DNA from: Candidatus Daviesbacteria bacterium
GTDB taxonomy: Bacteria > Patescibacteriota > Microgenomatia > Daviesbacterales > UBA10151
Reading direction: 5' to 3'
DNA length: 64,000 nt
NCBI GenBank assembly: GCA_030699125.1
Contig: JAUYKM010000012.1
Span: forward strand, 11,159-75,158
Position 1 is the first letter of the stretch. Every line of letters starts with the position of its first letter. Below are positions 36,115 through 44,042 of the stretch, in pieces. The notes beneath the pieces are model-generated. The model ran no database searches and had not been told where the DNA came from. It worked only from the letters and a program-made list of their open reading frames with translations. The position numbers and the translations under genes were made by a program.

Positions 36115-37422
36115 ATGAAAATAATTGTTTTAGCAGCTGGAGAAGGGAAAAGAATGTGGCCAATTACTATAGATAAGTGCCTGATTCCTTTTCTGGGAAA
36201 GTCACTGCTTTATCATAATCTCAAAAAAATTAAAGAAAATGTGGACCCCGATTTAATCGGGGTGGATGGGGAATTTGTGATTATTTCCACTCCACAAAGC
36301 AAGGATGAAGTGACTAAAATTGCCCAAGCTTTAAATCTTAAGTTCCAACTTGTTGTACAACAACAACCCAAAGGTATGGCAGATGCGCTACTTTCCGCCA
36401 AAGAATATTTAGAGGGTGAAGTTTTGGTAGTTAATGCAGAAGATATTTTAGATGGGGAAGTGTATGGAGAAGTGGCAAAAGGTGGGGCAGATGTAGTGGT
36501 GGCTGGTTTGAAAGTAGACAAGTACTTCCCGGGTGGTTACCTGAAAGTAGATGGTGACAAGGTGGTTGGAATAGTGGAGAAACCTGGAGAGGGGAATGAG
36601 CCATCAGGTATGGTTAAGTTAGTGGTGGATTATTTTAAAGACGGGAAAAAATTGGTTGAATATTTAGAAAAAGCATCAAGCGAGCAAGATGATGTTTATG
36701 AAAAAGCTCTTGATCAGATGATTACTGATGGGATGGAGGTAAAGTTTACAAAGTATGATGGAGTTTGGATTCCATTAAAATATCCATGGCAGATTTTAGA
36801 TATCCTGGAACACTTATTACAAGATATTGAACAACAAATTTCCCCGGGTGCGAATGTGTCTGAAAAGGCCACTATTACGGGAAAAGTGATCATTGAGGAA
36901 GGGGTAAGAGTATTCGAAGGAGCTGTTATTAAGGGGCCTTGTTACATTGGCAAAAATGTCATTGTGGGAAACAATACCATGATCAGAGAGTCTGATTTGG
37001 AAGAAGGTTGTGTGACCGGATTTTCATCAGATATCACCAGATCTTATATTGGAGCCAATTCCTGGTTTCATACTAATTATATTGGAGATTCAGTAATCGA
37101 GGGGGATTTTGGCATGGGTTCAGGGGCTGTTTTGGCTAATTTACGCTTAGATGATCATACAATTCGGGTGGGAGAAGAGGAAATAGACTCAGGGCGTCAT
37201 AAGTTGGGACTTATGGCTGGTAAAGGTTCAAGAATCGCAGTAAACGCCTCTGCTATGCCTGGAGCAAGAGTGGGATCTAATTCTTTAATAGGACCAGGAG
37301 TGGTTTTATATGGGGATGTAAAAGAAAATAAAAAAGTCTTGGTAAAACAGGAGCTTGAAATAACCGAACACACCCCAGCTTTAACCAGTTATGATCAGTT
37401 TAGGGAAAAATTAAAAAAATAA
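36115..37422 (+). CDS. Sugar-phosphate nucleotidyltransferase with a C-terminal left-handed beta-helix (GlmU-like architecture).
   Basis: LAAGEGKRMWP N-terminal motif. Hexapeptide repeats in the C-terminal half. Confidence 0.7.
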   Translation: MKIIVLAAGEGKRMWPITIDKCLIPFLGKSLLYHNLKKIKENVDPDLIGVDGEFVIISTPQSKDEVTKIAQALNLKFQLVVQQQPKGMADALLSAKEYLEGEVLVVNAEDILDGEVYGEVAKGGADVVVAGLKVDKYFPGGYLKVDGDKVVGIVEKPGEGNEPSGMVKLVVDYFKDGKKLVEYLEKASSEQDDVYEKALDQMITDGMEVKFTKYDGVWIPLKYPWQILDILEHLLQDIEQQISPGANVSEKATITGKVIIEEGVRVFEGAVIKGPCYIGKNVIVGNNTMIRESDLEEGCVTGFSSDITRSYIGANSWFHTNYIGDSVIEGDFGMGSGAVLANLRLDDHTIRVGEEEIDSGRHKLGLMAGKGSRIAVNASAMPGARVGSNSLIGPGVVLYGDVKENKKVLVKQELEITEHTPALTSYDQFREKLKK

Positions 37423-37429
37423 TAGATAT

Positions 37430-38578
37430 ATGCTTCTTTATGAATTTGAAGGGAAAGAACTTTTTAAAAAAAGTGGAATAAATATTCCAGAAAGTCAGTT
37501 AATTAGTGGATCAGGTAATCAGTTAATTAGTATTAAAGCACCATTAATATTAAAAGCTCAGGTTTTATCTGGGAAAAGAGCAGATAGTGGTGGAATAGTA
37601 AAAGTCACAGAGATTAAAGATTTAAGATTTAAGATTAAAGAATTATTTGAGAAAACAGTAAACGGTGAGAGGGTAGAGAAAATTCTTATAGAAGAGATGG
37701 TGGAGGTAGATAAGGAATATTATCTTTCCTTTTCTTATTCAACAGAAACCAGGGGACCTGTGATGACATTTGGTGAAGGGGGTACAGGGGCTGAGGGGAA
37801 AGGGGCTAAAACAATTTCAGTTGATCCAATAAAAGGTTTTAATGGGGAGGGTTTACCTTCTGAGTTAGTCGAAGAAGGCAAAAAGTTGTGGCAACTTTTT
37901 ATAAAATATGACTGTGAATTGGCAGAAATTAACCCATTAGTTATAGACAAAAACGGCAAAATTTGGGCTTTGGATAGTAAAATAATTTTGGATGATGATG
38001 CAGATTTCAGAAGAGAAGAAAAGTTTCCGGAAAGAAATTTGTTTGGTAGAGCTTCGACTGAAAGGGAAATTGAGGCCAGAAAAATAGATGAAGGGGATCA
38101 CAAGGGTACAGCAGGTTCTGTTTATTGGGATCTTGGGGGAGATATAGCAGTAATTGCAGCAGGTGGGGGTGGTTCCATAGTCAATATGGATGCACTGATA
38201 GCTTATGGAGGTAAACCTGCCAATTATACAGAACATTCAGGAAATCCTCCTCGTGAGAAACTGAAAAAACTGACTAAGATTGTCCTCTCCAAACCTGGTT
38301 TAAAAGGATGCTGGTTTGTAGGGGGAACTGCCAATTTTACAGATATTTATGAAACCTTAATGGGATTTGTGGAAGGATTAAGGGAAATCAGCCCGAAACC
38401 TACATACCCAATTGTGATCAGGCGTGGGGGACCAAATGATAAAAAAGCTTTTGGAGAGCTAAAGGTAATTGGCAAAAAAGAAGGTTTTGATTTTCATATA
38501 TATGGCAGGGAAACACCTATGACCTCAACTGCAAAGATAATGGTTGATTTAGCCTATGGGAAACAATTGTCATCCTGA
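37430..38578 (+). CDS. Succinyl-CoA synthetase beta-subunit-like ATP-grasp protein (SucC or CcsA-like).
   Basis: 382 aa. ATP-grasp N-domain and CoA-ligase C-domain. Its stop codon lies inside a palindromic repeat element. Confidence 0.8.
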   Translation: MLLYEFEGKELFKKSGINIPESQLISGSGNQLISIKAPLILKAQVLSGKRADSGGIVKVTEIKDLRFKIKELFEKTVNGERVEKILIEEMVEVDKEYYLSFSYSTETRGPVMTFGEGGTGAEGKGAKTISVDPIKGFNGEGLPSELVEEGKKLWQLFIKYDCELAEINPLVIDKNGKIWALDSKIILDDDADFRREEKFPERNLFGRASTEREIEARKIDEGDHKGTAGSVYWDLGGDIAVIAAGGGGSIVNMDALIAYGGKPANYTEHSGNPPREKLKKLTKIVLSKPGLKGCWFVGGTANFTDIYETLMGFVEGLREISPKPTYPIVIRRGGPNDKKAFGELKVIGKKEGFDFHIYGRETPMTSTAKIMVDLAYGKQLSS

Positions 38579-38654
38579 GTGGAACGAAGGATCTCTAGAC
38601 TTGTTCTAGGTTCCTAGGATAAACCTAGAGATTCTTCACTACGTTCAGAATGAC
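38569..38654. repeat. Palindromic miniature element (termini GTCATCCTGA...TCAGAATGAC) with an internal 13-bp stem GAAGGATCTCTAG/CTAGAGATTCTTC.
   Basis: Variant of the GTCATyCC...GGrATGAC family seen 5 more times downstream. Supplies the last codons and the TGA stop of the sucC-like gene. Confidence 0.5.
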
Positions 38655-38668
38655 AGAAAAGAAAAAAA

Positions 38669-39559
38669 ATGGCTATTTTAGTAAACGAAAAAACTAAAGT
38701 TTTAATACAAGGAATTACTGGCAAAGAAGGCTCAAAAGTGGCTTTGCAGATGCAAAATTATCAAACCAAAGTTTTAGCAGGAGTTACACCCGGCAAAGGT
38801 GGGCAGGAAGTGCATGGCATTCCTATATATAATACTGTGTCTGAGGCGCTAGAAAATCATCCAGGGATTAATACCTCATTTGTAGCTGTGCCTAACTTTG
38901 CGGCATATGAGGCAATTAAAGAGGCTGTAGAGGTCCGAATTCCCCTGATTAATATCTTAACTGAACATATACCAATACAAGATAGCGCCAAAGCTATTAC
39001 CCTAGCCAGGGAGGCTGGAGTAAGGATTGTCGGCCCATCATCTATTGGGATTATTTCCCCGGGAATAGGAAAAGTAGGATCGATAGGTGGAGATGACCCA
39101 AGAGGAGTTTTTAGAAAAGGAAATGTGGGGGTAATTTCCAAATCTGGGGGAATGGCCTCAGAAGTGTCATGGATACTGACTAAGAATGGAATAGGGCAAT
39201 CAACTGTGGTGGGTATAGGAGGTGATGTGTTAGTAGGTAGTAGTTTTGCAGATTTAATGGAGGATTTTGAAAAAGATCCTCAAACTGAGGCTGTAGTATT
39301 GTTTGGAGAGATTGGGGGGACATATGAGGAAGAAGCTGCAGAGCTTATTAAATCTGGTGGTTTCACAAAGAAAGCGGTGGCATTTGTATCAGGTTTATTT
39401 GCAGAAACTTTGCCTTCTGGCACAAAGTTAGGTCATGCAGGAGCAATTGTTTATGGGGAAAAGGGAAGTTATAAATCAAAAGTAAATGCCCTGGAATCTG
39501 CCGGCATCAAAATTGCCAAAACCCCAGATGAAATTCCGGAGTTTTTAAAAAATACTTGA
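38669..39559 (+). CDS. Succinyl-CoA synthetase alpha-subunit-like (SucD or CcsB-like).
   Basis: 296 aa. CoA-binding Rossmann domain and phosphohistidine-loop region. Confidence 0.85.
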   Translation: MAILVNEKTKVLIQGITGKEGSKVALQMQNYQTKVLAGVTPGKGGQEVHGIPIYNTVSEALENHPGINTSFVAVPNFAAYEAIKEAVEVRIPLINILTEHIPIQDSAKAITLAREAGVRIVGPSSIGIISPGIGKVGSIGGDDPRGVFRKGNVGVISKSGGMASEVSWILTKNGIGQSTVVGIGGDVLVGSSFADLMEDFEKDPQTEAVVLFGEIGGTYEEEAAELIKSGGFTKKAVAFVSGLFAETLPSGTKLGHAGAIVYGEKGSYKSKVNALESAGIKIAKTPDEIPEFLKNT

Positions 39560-39563
39560 CTTT

Positions 39564-39585
39564 TGTAATACAAATGTAATACAAT
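39564..39585. promoter_or_regulatory. Paired TGTAATACA boxes (putative BrnTA operator/promoter) immediately 5' of the brnT ATG.
   Basis: ttttgtaatacaaatgtaatacaatATG. Related boxes precede the other two cassettes at 42096-42116 and 43663-43688. Confidence 0.4.
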
Positions 39586-39876
39586 ATGACTAGGATTAAG
39601 ATAAAGAAATTGGTCTGGGATGAGTGGAATATTGAGCATATAAAGAAGCACAATGTGATACAGAGTGAGGTTGAAGAAATATCTAAAAATATTATAATCC
39701 ATAAAAAGGTTAAATTAGGGAGATATTCAATATTTGGTAGAGTTAGTTCAAGAATTCTAACTGTAATTATTAATAGAAAAGCAAGCGGTATTTATTATCC
39801 GGTAACTGCAAGAGATGCAGCTAAAAAAGAAAGGAGAAAGCTATATGAAAAAGAAAAAAGGATTAAAATTTCCTAA
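39586..39876 (+). CDS. BrnT-family toxin (DUF497 ribonuclease toxin).
   Basis: LVWDEWNIEHIKKHNV...EEI pattern. Paralogue of the 42117 ORF. Confidence 0.7.
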   Translation: MTRIKIKKLVWDEWNIEHIKKHNVIQSEVEEISKNIIIHKKVKLGRYSIFGRVSSRILTVIINRKASGIYYPVTARDAAKKERRKLYEKEKRIKIS

Positions 39877-40126
39877 TTTTAATAAAATGACCTATGAAGA
39901 AGAAACAAATTGGTGGGATACCCATGATTTGGGAGATTATTGGGATGAGATGGAAGATGTGGAGATCATTTTTGATTTAGAAAAACTTAAGGAGGAAACA
40001 TTAATCTTGCGTCTTCAAAAAGAAACAAAAGAGGAACTTGAGAAAGAAGCCAGGAAAAAAGGAATAAATGTTTCCTCGCTGGCAAGACTCTGGCTTACCC
40101 AAAGGCTTCATACAGGAGTTAAATGA
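39845..40126 (+). CDS. BrnA-family antitoxin.
   Basis: YEEETNWWDTHDL...INVSSLARLWL. The track starts it at 39815. Overlaps brnT. Confidence 0.65.
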   Translation: MKKKKGLKFPNFNKMTYEEETNWWDTHDLGDYWDEMEDVEIIFDLEKLKEETLILRLQKETKEELEKEARKKGINVSSLARLWLTQRLHTGVK

Positions 40127-40181
40127 AAATTGCCAAAACCCCAGATGAGATTCCAGAATTACTTAGGTAACAAGTACAGAA

Positions 40182-40568
40182 GTGACGAGTAACAAGTTAG
40201 AAAACAATTCATTGTTTGGGTACAAAAAGCTAATAGCATGGCAAAAAGCGAATGAATTGGCACATAAAGTGTATGATTTAACACTGGCTTTTCCGAGAAG
40301 TGAATTATTTGGTATTACTTCTCAACTACAAAGAGCAGTTTTATCAGTTCCATTAAACATAGTGGAGGGGCATGCAAGAAACAACAAGAAAGAGTTCCAT
40401 AGATTTCTGGCTATTTCTTTAGGATCATTAGCTGAAACAGAATATTTATTGGAGTTTGCTTATGAGAGAAAATATATAAAAGAGGAGACATTTAAGGAAA
40501 TCTGCTTGCTAAGATCTGAAGTAGGACATATAATTTGGAGGTTATATATTTCGCAGAAAGGAGGGTAA
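40182..40568 (+). CDS. Four-helix-bundle protein (23S rRNA intervening-sequence protein family).
   Basis: LIAWQKANELAHKVYDLTLAFPRSELFGITSQLQRAVLSVPLNIVEG signature. GTG start. Flanked by GTAACAAGT repeats. Confidence 0.75.
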   Translation: MTSNKLENNSLFGYKKLIAWQKANELAHKVYDLTLAFPRSELFGITSQLQRAVLSVPLNIVEGHARNNKKEFHRFLAISLGSLAETEYLLEFAYERKYIKEETFKEICLLRSEVGHIIWRLYISQKGG

Positions 40569-40641
40569 CTAGTAACAAGTGACAACTAACAAGTTAAAAT
40601 ACAAATAGCTTGTGCCTTGTTACCGTTACTGTACTTGTTAC
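40567..40641. repeat. GTAAC(A/T)AGT repeat array plus the conserved 33-nt leader CTTGTGCCTTGTTACCGTTACTGTACTTGTTAC directly 5' of the 40647 ATG.
   Basis: Near-identical to 26961-27032. A further array lies at 40166-40200, upstream of the four-helix-bundle gene. Confidence 0.5.
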
Positions 40642-40646
40642 AAGTC

Positions 40647-41399
40647 ATGAATGATAAGAAATGGAAGACAAGTATTGCTGGGATAGTTGATGGAGAGGTT
40701 ATTATACATGGGTATAAAGTAACAGATTTAATAGATAAAGTTAATTTTACAGAAGCAATCTGGCTTGAACTTAAAGGGGAATTGCCAACAGAAAAAGAGC
40801 GAGCCATGCTGGATGCAATATTGATTTCCACAATTGACAATGGGTTAGGTCCTCCATCTATGACTAATGCCAGAAATAGCGCCTCAGCTGGTAATCCCAT
40901 GCAGGCAGCTGTAGCTGCAGGAATTTTAGGTGTGGGAGATTTTCATGGAGGAGCAATTGAGGGCTGTGCCAAGCTCTTACAGATGGGCTTAACAGCTGAC
41001 AAACTGGTGGAAAAAGTTATTTCCTCAGGAGACAGAATAGCCGGTTTTGGCCACAAAGTTTATGAAGTAGATCCCAGAGCAACTCAAATATTTGCCAAAA
41101 GTAGAGAATTAGGCTTTTTTGGTGAACACTGCAATCTGGCCACAGAGGTGGAAAGAGTTTTGGAAGAGAAAAAGGGTAAAAAGATCCCCATTAATGTGGA
41201 CGGAGCAATAGCAGCAGTAATATCTGATATGGGATTTGACTATCGTTTAGGTAAAGGTTTTTTTCTAATAGGTAGGGTAGTGGGTCTGGTGGCCCATATC
41301 TTTGAAGAAATGGTGCGCGAGAAGCCTTACAGAAGAATTTCCTCTGAAGAAATTGAATATGACGGTGAACCTGTCAGAAAACTTGACAAAGCTAAATAA
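40647..41399 (+). CDS. Short citrate-synthase-family protein (citryl-CoA lyase-like, ~250 aa).
   Basis: GFGHKVY...DPRA citrate-synthase catalytic motifs, but only C-terminal-domain length. The track starts it at 40617. Confidence 0.7.
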   Translation: MNDKKWKTSIAGIVDGEVIIHGYKVTDLIDKVNFTEAIWLELKGELPTEKERAMLDAILISTIDNGLGPPSMTNARNSASAGNPMQAAVAAGILGVGDFHGGAIEGCAKLLQMGLTADKLVEKVISSGDRIAGFGHKVYEVDPRATQIFAKSRELGFFGEHCNLATEVERVLEEKKGKKIPINVDGAIAAVISDMGFDYRLGKGFFLIGRVVGLVAHIFEEMVREKPYRRISSEEIEYDGEPVRKLDKAK

Positions 41400-41462
41400 C
41401 TTATAGTAAAATTTATATATTGACAAGCATTCTTACAATATGCTTACAATTGAAGTATCAAT

Positions 41463-41488
41463 ATCCCATTTGGGATTTTTGTTTTTTT
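41463..41488 (+). terminator. Rho-independent terminator (ATCCCA-TT-TGGGAT plus a T-run).
   Basis: Read directly downstream of the 40647 gene. Confidence 0.65.
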
Positions 41489-41552
41489 AAAAACATATGC
41501 AAAGCTTAAGATTTTTTAATTTTTGGAAAATGTACGCTCTCTATATTGGAGG

Positions 41553-41625
41553 GAGCGGCTCAGTGGGCTTAAGTCCCAAGGATAAGGACTAAAAGACCCC
41601 AGCCGCCCCGCAAAACGGGCGGTTT
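41553..41625 (+). ncRNA. Candidate cis-regulatory leader (riboswitch/attenuator-like): structured 5' region ending in a terminator hairpin abutting the SD.
   Basis: GGGAGCGGCU can pair with AGCCGCCCC as an antiterminator. This competes with the terminator CCGCCC-CGCAAAAC-GGGCGG-U6, followed by GGAGG-N7-ATG. Confidence 0.35.
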
Positions 41626-41640
41626 TTTAATGGAGGAAAT

Positions 41641-42015
41641 ATGGAAAGAGTAGAAAGAGAAAGAACTTTATCTCATAAAGAACATATTGTAGTGATAGAT
41701 AACGAGACAGACCAGACCATCTTGGCTAATGTTGAAGGTATTAAAGGACATATTCAAGAAGAGGAGTCGGGGGATATAGTCTTTGTGAAAAGTCTGGATG
41801 GTAGATCCTTTGAATTCAGTACTTTGATAAAACTCGGTCGCGGTAAGTTTACCAGTAGAGATAACAGGTATGTATTTTACAGAGCTTGTTTATTAGATCC
41901 AAAAGATCCGCAAGATCAGGAAATTATTTTAAGAGCTATAAAAACTTTCCCGCAATCCCTTAATGGTAATGGAAGCCATACCAATTCAGATCAGAATGGT
42001 CACCTTATGTCCTAG
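41641..42015 (+). CDS. Hypothetical protein, 124 aa.
   Basis: ORF with a strong SD GGAGG. Confidence 0.5.
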   Translation: MERVERERTLSHKEHIVVIDNETDQTILANVEGIKGHIQEEESGDIVFVKSLDGRSFEFSTLIKLGRGKFTSRDNRYVFYRACLLDPKDPQDQEIILRAIKTFPQSLNGNGSHTNSDQNGHLMS

Positions 42016-42116
42016 TCTAACCTCTTAATTCAAATTGTGGTATATTTTAACCATGCAAAAGAGAATTTTAACCGGGGATAGGCCAACTTGATTTTTGTAT
42101 AACAGTGTAATACAAT

Positions 42117-42401
42117 ATGACCAGAATAGTTGTTAAAGAATTGGTTTGGGATAAAGTAAATTTGGAGCATATTAAAAAACACAATGTTACAAAAGAAGAA
42201 GCTGAAGAGGCAAAAAACTTTATCTTGCATTGGAAGACTCATACAAAAAGATATCTGGTTGTCAGTAGGGTCGGTTCCAGATTAATATCGATGGTATTAA
42301 ATAGAAAAAGTACTGGAATATATTATTTAGTTACAGCTAGAGATAGCGGTAAAAATGAAAGAAGGAGGGTACATGATAAAGAAAAAAAGCAGAATTCCTA
42401 A
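42117..42401 (+). CDS. BrnT-family toxin (second copy).
   Basis: MTRIVVKELVWDKVNLEHIKKHNV is paralogous to the 39586 ORF. Confidence 0.7.
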   Translation: MTRIVVKELVWDKVNLEHIKKHNVTKEEAEEAKNFILHWKTHTKRYLVVSRVGSRLISMVLNRKSTGIYYLVTARDSGKNERRRVHDKEKKQNS

Positions 42402-42657
42402 ATTTAAGACTTACGAAGAAGAAGCCAACTTTTGGGATACGCATGAATTCACAGAATTTGAAGATGAGCTAGAGGATGTTGAGATAGTTTTTGAGTTGAA
42501 CAAACCCAGAGATGAAACTGTGGTTCTCCGAGTACAAAGAGAAATTAAGGAGCAACTGGATAAATTAGCCAGAAGCCGCGGCCTAAATTTATCTACTCTG
42601 GTGAGAATGTGGATGATGGAAAAGCTACAGGAAAATTTAAAGAGACCAAAATTATGA
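42373..42657 (+). CDS. BrnA-family antitoxin (second copy).
   Basis: YEEEANFWDTHEF...LNLSTLVRMWMM. Its stop TGA overlaps the trpS ATG (ATGA). Confidence 0.65.
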   Translation: MIKKKSRIPKFKTYEEEANFWDTHEFTEFEDELEDVEIVFELNKPRDETVVLRVQREIKEQLDKLARSRGLNLSTLVRMWMMEKLQENLKRPKL

Positions 42658-43658
42658 AACGAATTTTGACAGGAGATAGGCCGACGGGAAAGCTACATTT
42701 AGGGCACTATATAGGTAGCCTTCGCAACCGCGTGCGTTTGCAGGAGAAGTACGAGTGTTTTTTTATTATTGCTGATTTGCATACTTTAACTACCAAGCCT
42801 GAAAAAACAGCAGATCTTAAAGAAAATATTTACCAGATGGTGTTGGATTATTTATCAGTGGGAATTGATCCGCAAAAAGCCACTATTTATATTCAATCCC
42901 AAATTCCGGAAGTAGCAGAGTTGGCTATTATTTTTGGAAATCTGGTTTCCACTCCCAGACTAGAACGGGTACCAACTCTTAAAGATGTCATGAAAGATGC
43001 TCACATCACCATTCCTTCCTATGGATTACTAGGTTATCCTGTGCTTCAGGCTGCTGATATTTTGATGGTAAGAGCTAATTTGGTGCCTGTAGGGAAAGAT
43101 CAGGTATCCCATATTGAAGTAACCAGAGAAATCGCTAGGGATTTTAATAGATTATATGGTGAAAGATTACCTGTGCCAGAGGTTCTAGTGCCGCAAGATT
43201 TAGGTACTTTGCCCGGAACAGATGGATCAGGAAAGATGAGTAAGTCTGCTGGAAACGTTATTAACTTGACTGATTCCCCGGAGGAAGTGGAGAAAAAGGT
43301 GATGAGTATGTATACAGATCCTAATAGGATTCACGCAACAGATCCTGGAAAAGTAGAGGGGAATCCGGTTTTTATATATTTAAATGCTTTTTGTACAGAA
43401 GGTGACAAGGTACAAGTAACAAGTTATGAAAATCAATATAGACAGGGCCAAGTTGGTGATATTGAGGTAAAAAAGTTTCTGGCCAAAATACTCAATAATT
43501 TTTTAGATCCCATTAGAAAAAGAAGAGCTGAATTTGAAAAACAACCAGAATTAATAGAAAAAATCTTAAAAGAGGGAACTGAGAAAGCTAGAAAAGAAGC
43601 ACAAGAAACTTTAAAAGCAGTGAAAAAGGCAATGGAATTAGATTATTTTAGTGATTGA
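42654..43658 (+). CDS. trpS: Tryptophanyl-tRNA synthetase.
   Basis: HIGH-class motif TGDRPTGKLHLGHY and KMSKS (GKMSKSAGN). The track ORF begins at an upstream GTG at 42609; the ATG at 42654 is more likely. Confidence 0.9.
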   Translation: MKRILTGDRPTGKLHLGHYIGSLRNRVRLQEKYECFFIIADLHTLTTKPEKTADLKENIYQMVLDYLSVGIDPQKATIYIQSQIPEVAELAIIFGNLVSTPRLERVPTLKDVMKDAHITIPSYGLLGYPVLQAADILMVRANLVPVGKDQVSHIEVTREIARDFNRLYGERLPVPEVLVPQDLGTLPGTDGSGKMSKSAGNVINLTDSPEEVEKKVMSMYTDPNRIHATDPGKVEGNPVFIYLNAFCTEGDKVQVTSYENQYRQGQVGDIEVKKFLAKILNNFLDPIRKRRAEFEKQPELIEKILKEGTEKARKEAQETLKAVKKAMELDYFSD

Positions 43659-43688
43659 AATTTGTTTAACAATGTTATACAATGATTT

Positions 43689-44033
43689 ATGAATACCACT
43701 AAAAGAAAGAAAAGCAGAATTCCCAGATTTAAAAGTTATGAAGAAGAGGCAACCTGGTGGGATACTCATGATACCACAGAGTTTGAGGATGAATTTAAGC
43801 CAGTCAAGCTTGAATTTGCAAAACCCCTGGAGCATATTTTAGGAGTGAGAATGGATGGTAAAACTCTGACTCAGCTTACTGAACTAGGTAGCGAAATGGG
43901 CATAGGTCCATCAACTTTAGTCAGAATGTGGATTATGGAAAAGTTAAAATCAATACCCAAGAGATCTAAGCAATCTGAAATTTCATCTCAGGCAACACTA
44001 CATCAAATTAAAAAGCCCCAAAAACATTACTAG
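43689..44033 (+). CDS. BrnA-family antitoxin homologue with no adjacent BrnT (orphan).
   Basis: YEEEATWWDTHDT...GPSTLVRMWIM. Preceded by TGTTTAACA / TGTTATACA boxes. Confidence 0.6.
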   Translation: MNTTKRKKSRIPRFKSYEEEATWWDTHDTTEFEDEFKPVKLEFAKPLEHILGVRMDGKTLTQLTELGSEMGIGPSTLVRMWIMEKLKSIPKRSKQSEISSQATLHQIKKPQKHY

Positions 44034-44042
44034 AAGTTAAAT

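Noticed and set aside
38586-38640. Intergenic sucC-sucD hairpin as a dedicated attenuator
   Set aside because: The 13-bp stem is part of a longer element with GTCATCCTGA/TCAGAATGAC termini matching the palindromic repeat family. It was classed with those rather than as a gene-specific regulator.
43405-43425. GTACAAGTAACAAGTTA inside trpS as a cassette boundary
   Set aside because: It lies in frame within an uninterrupted, well-conserved TrpRS region (encoding KVQVTSYEN). There are no flanking duplications, so it is probably a chance or ancestral match, noted only under the repeat finding.
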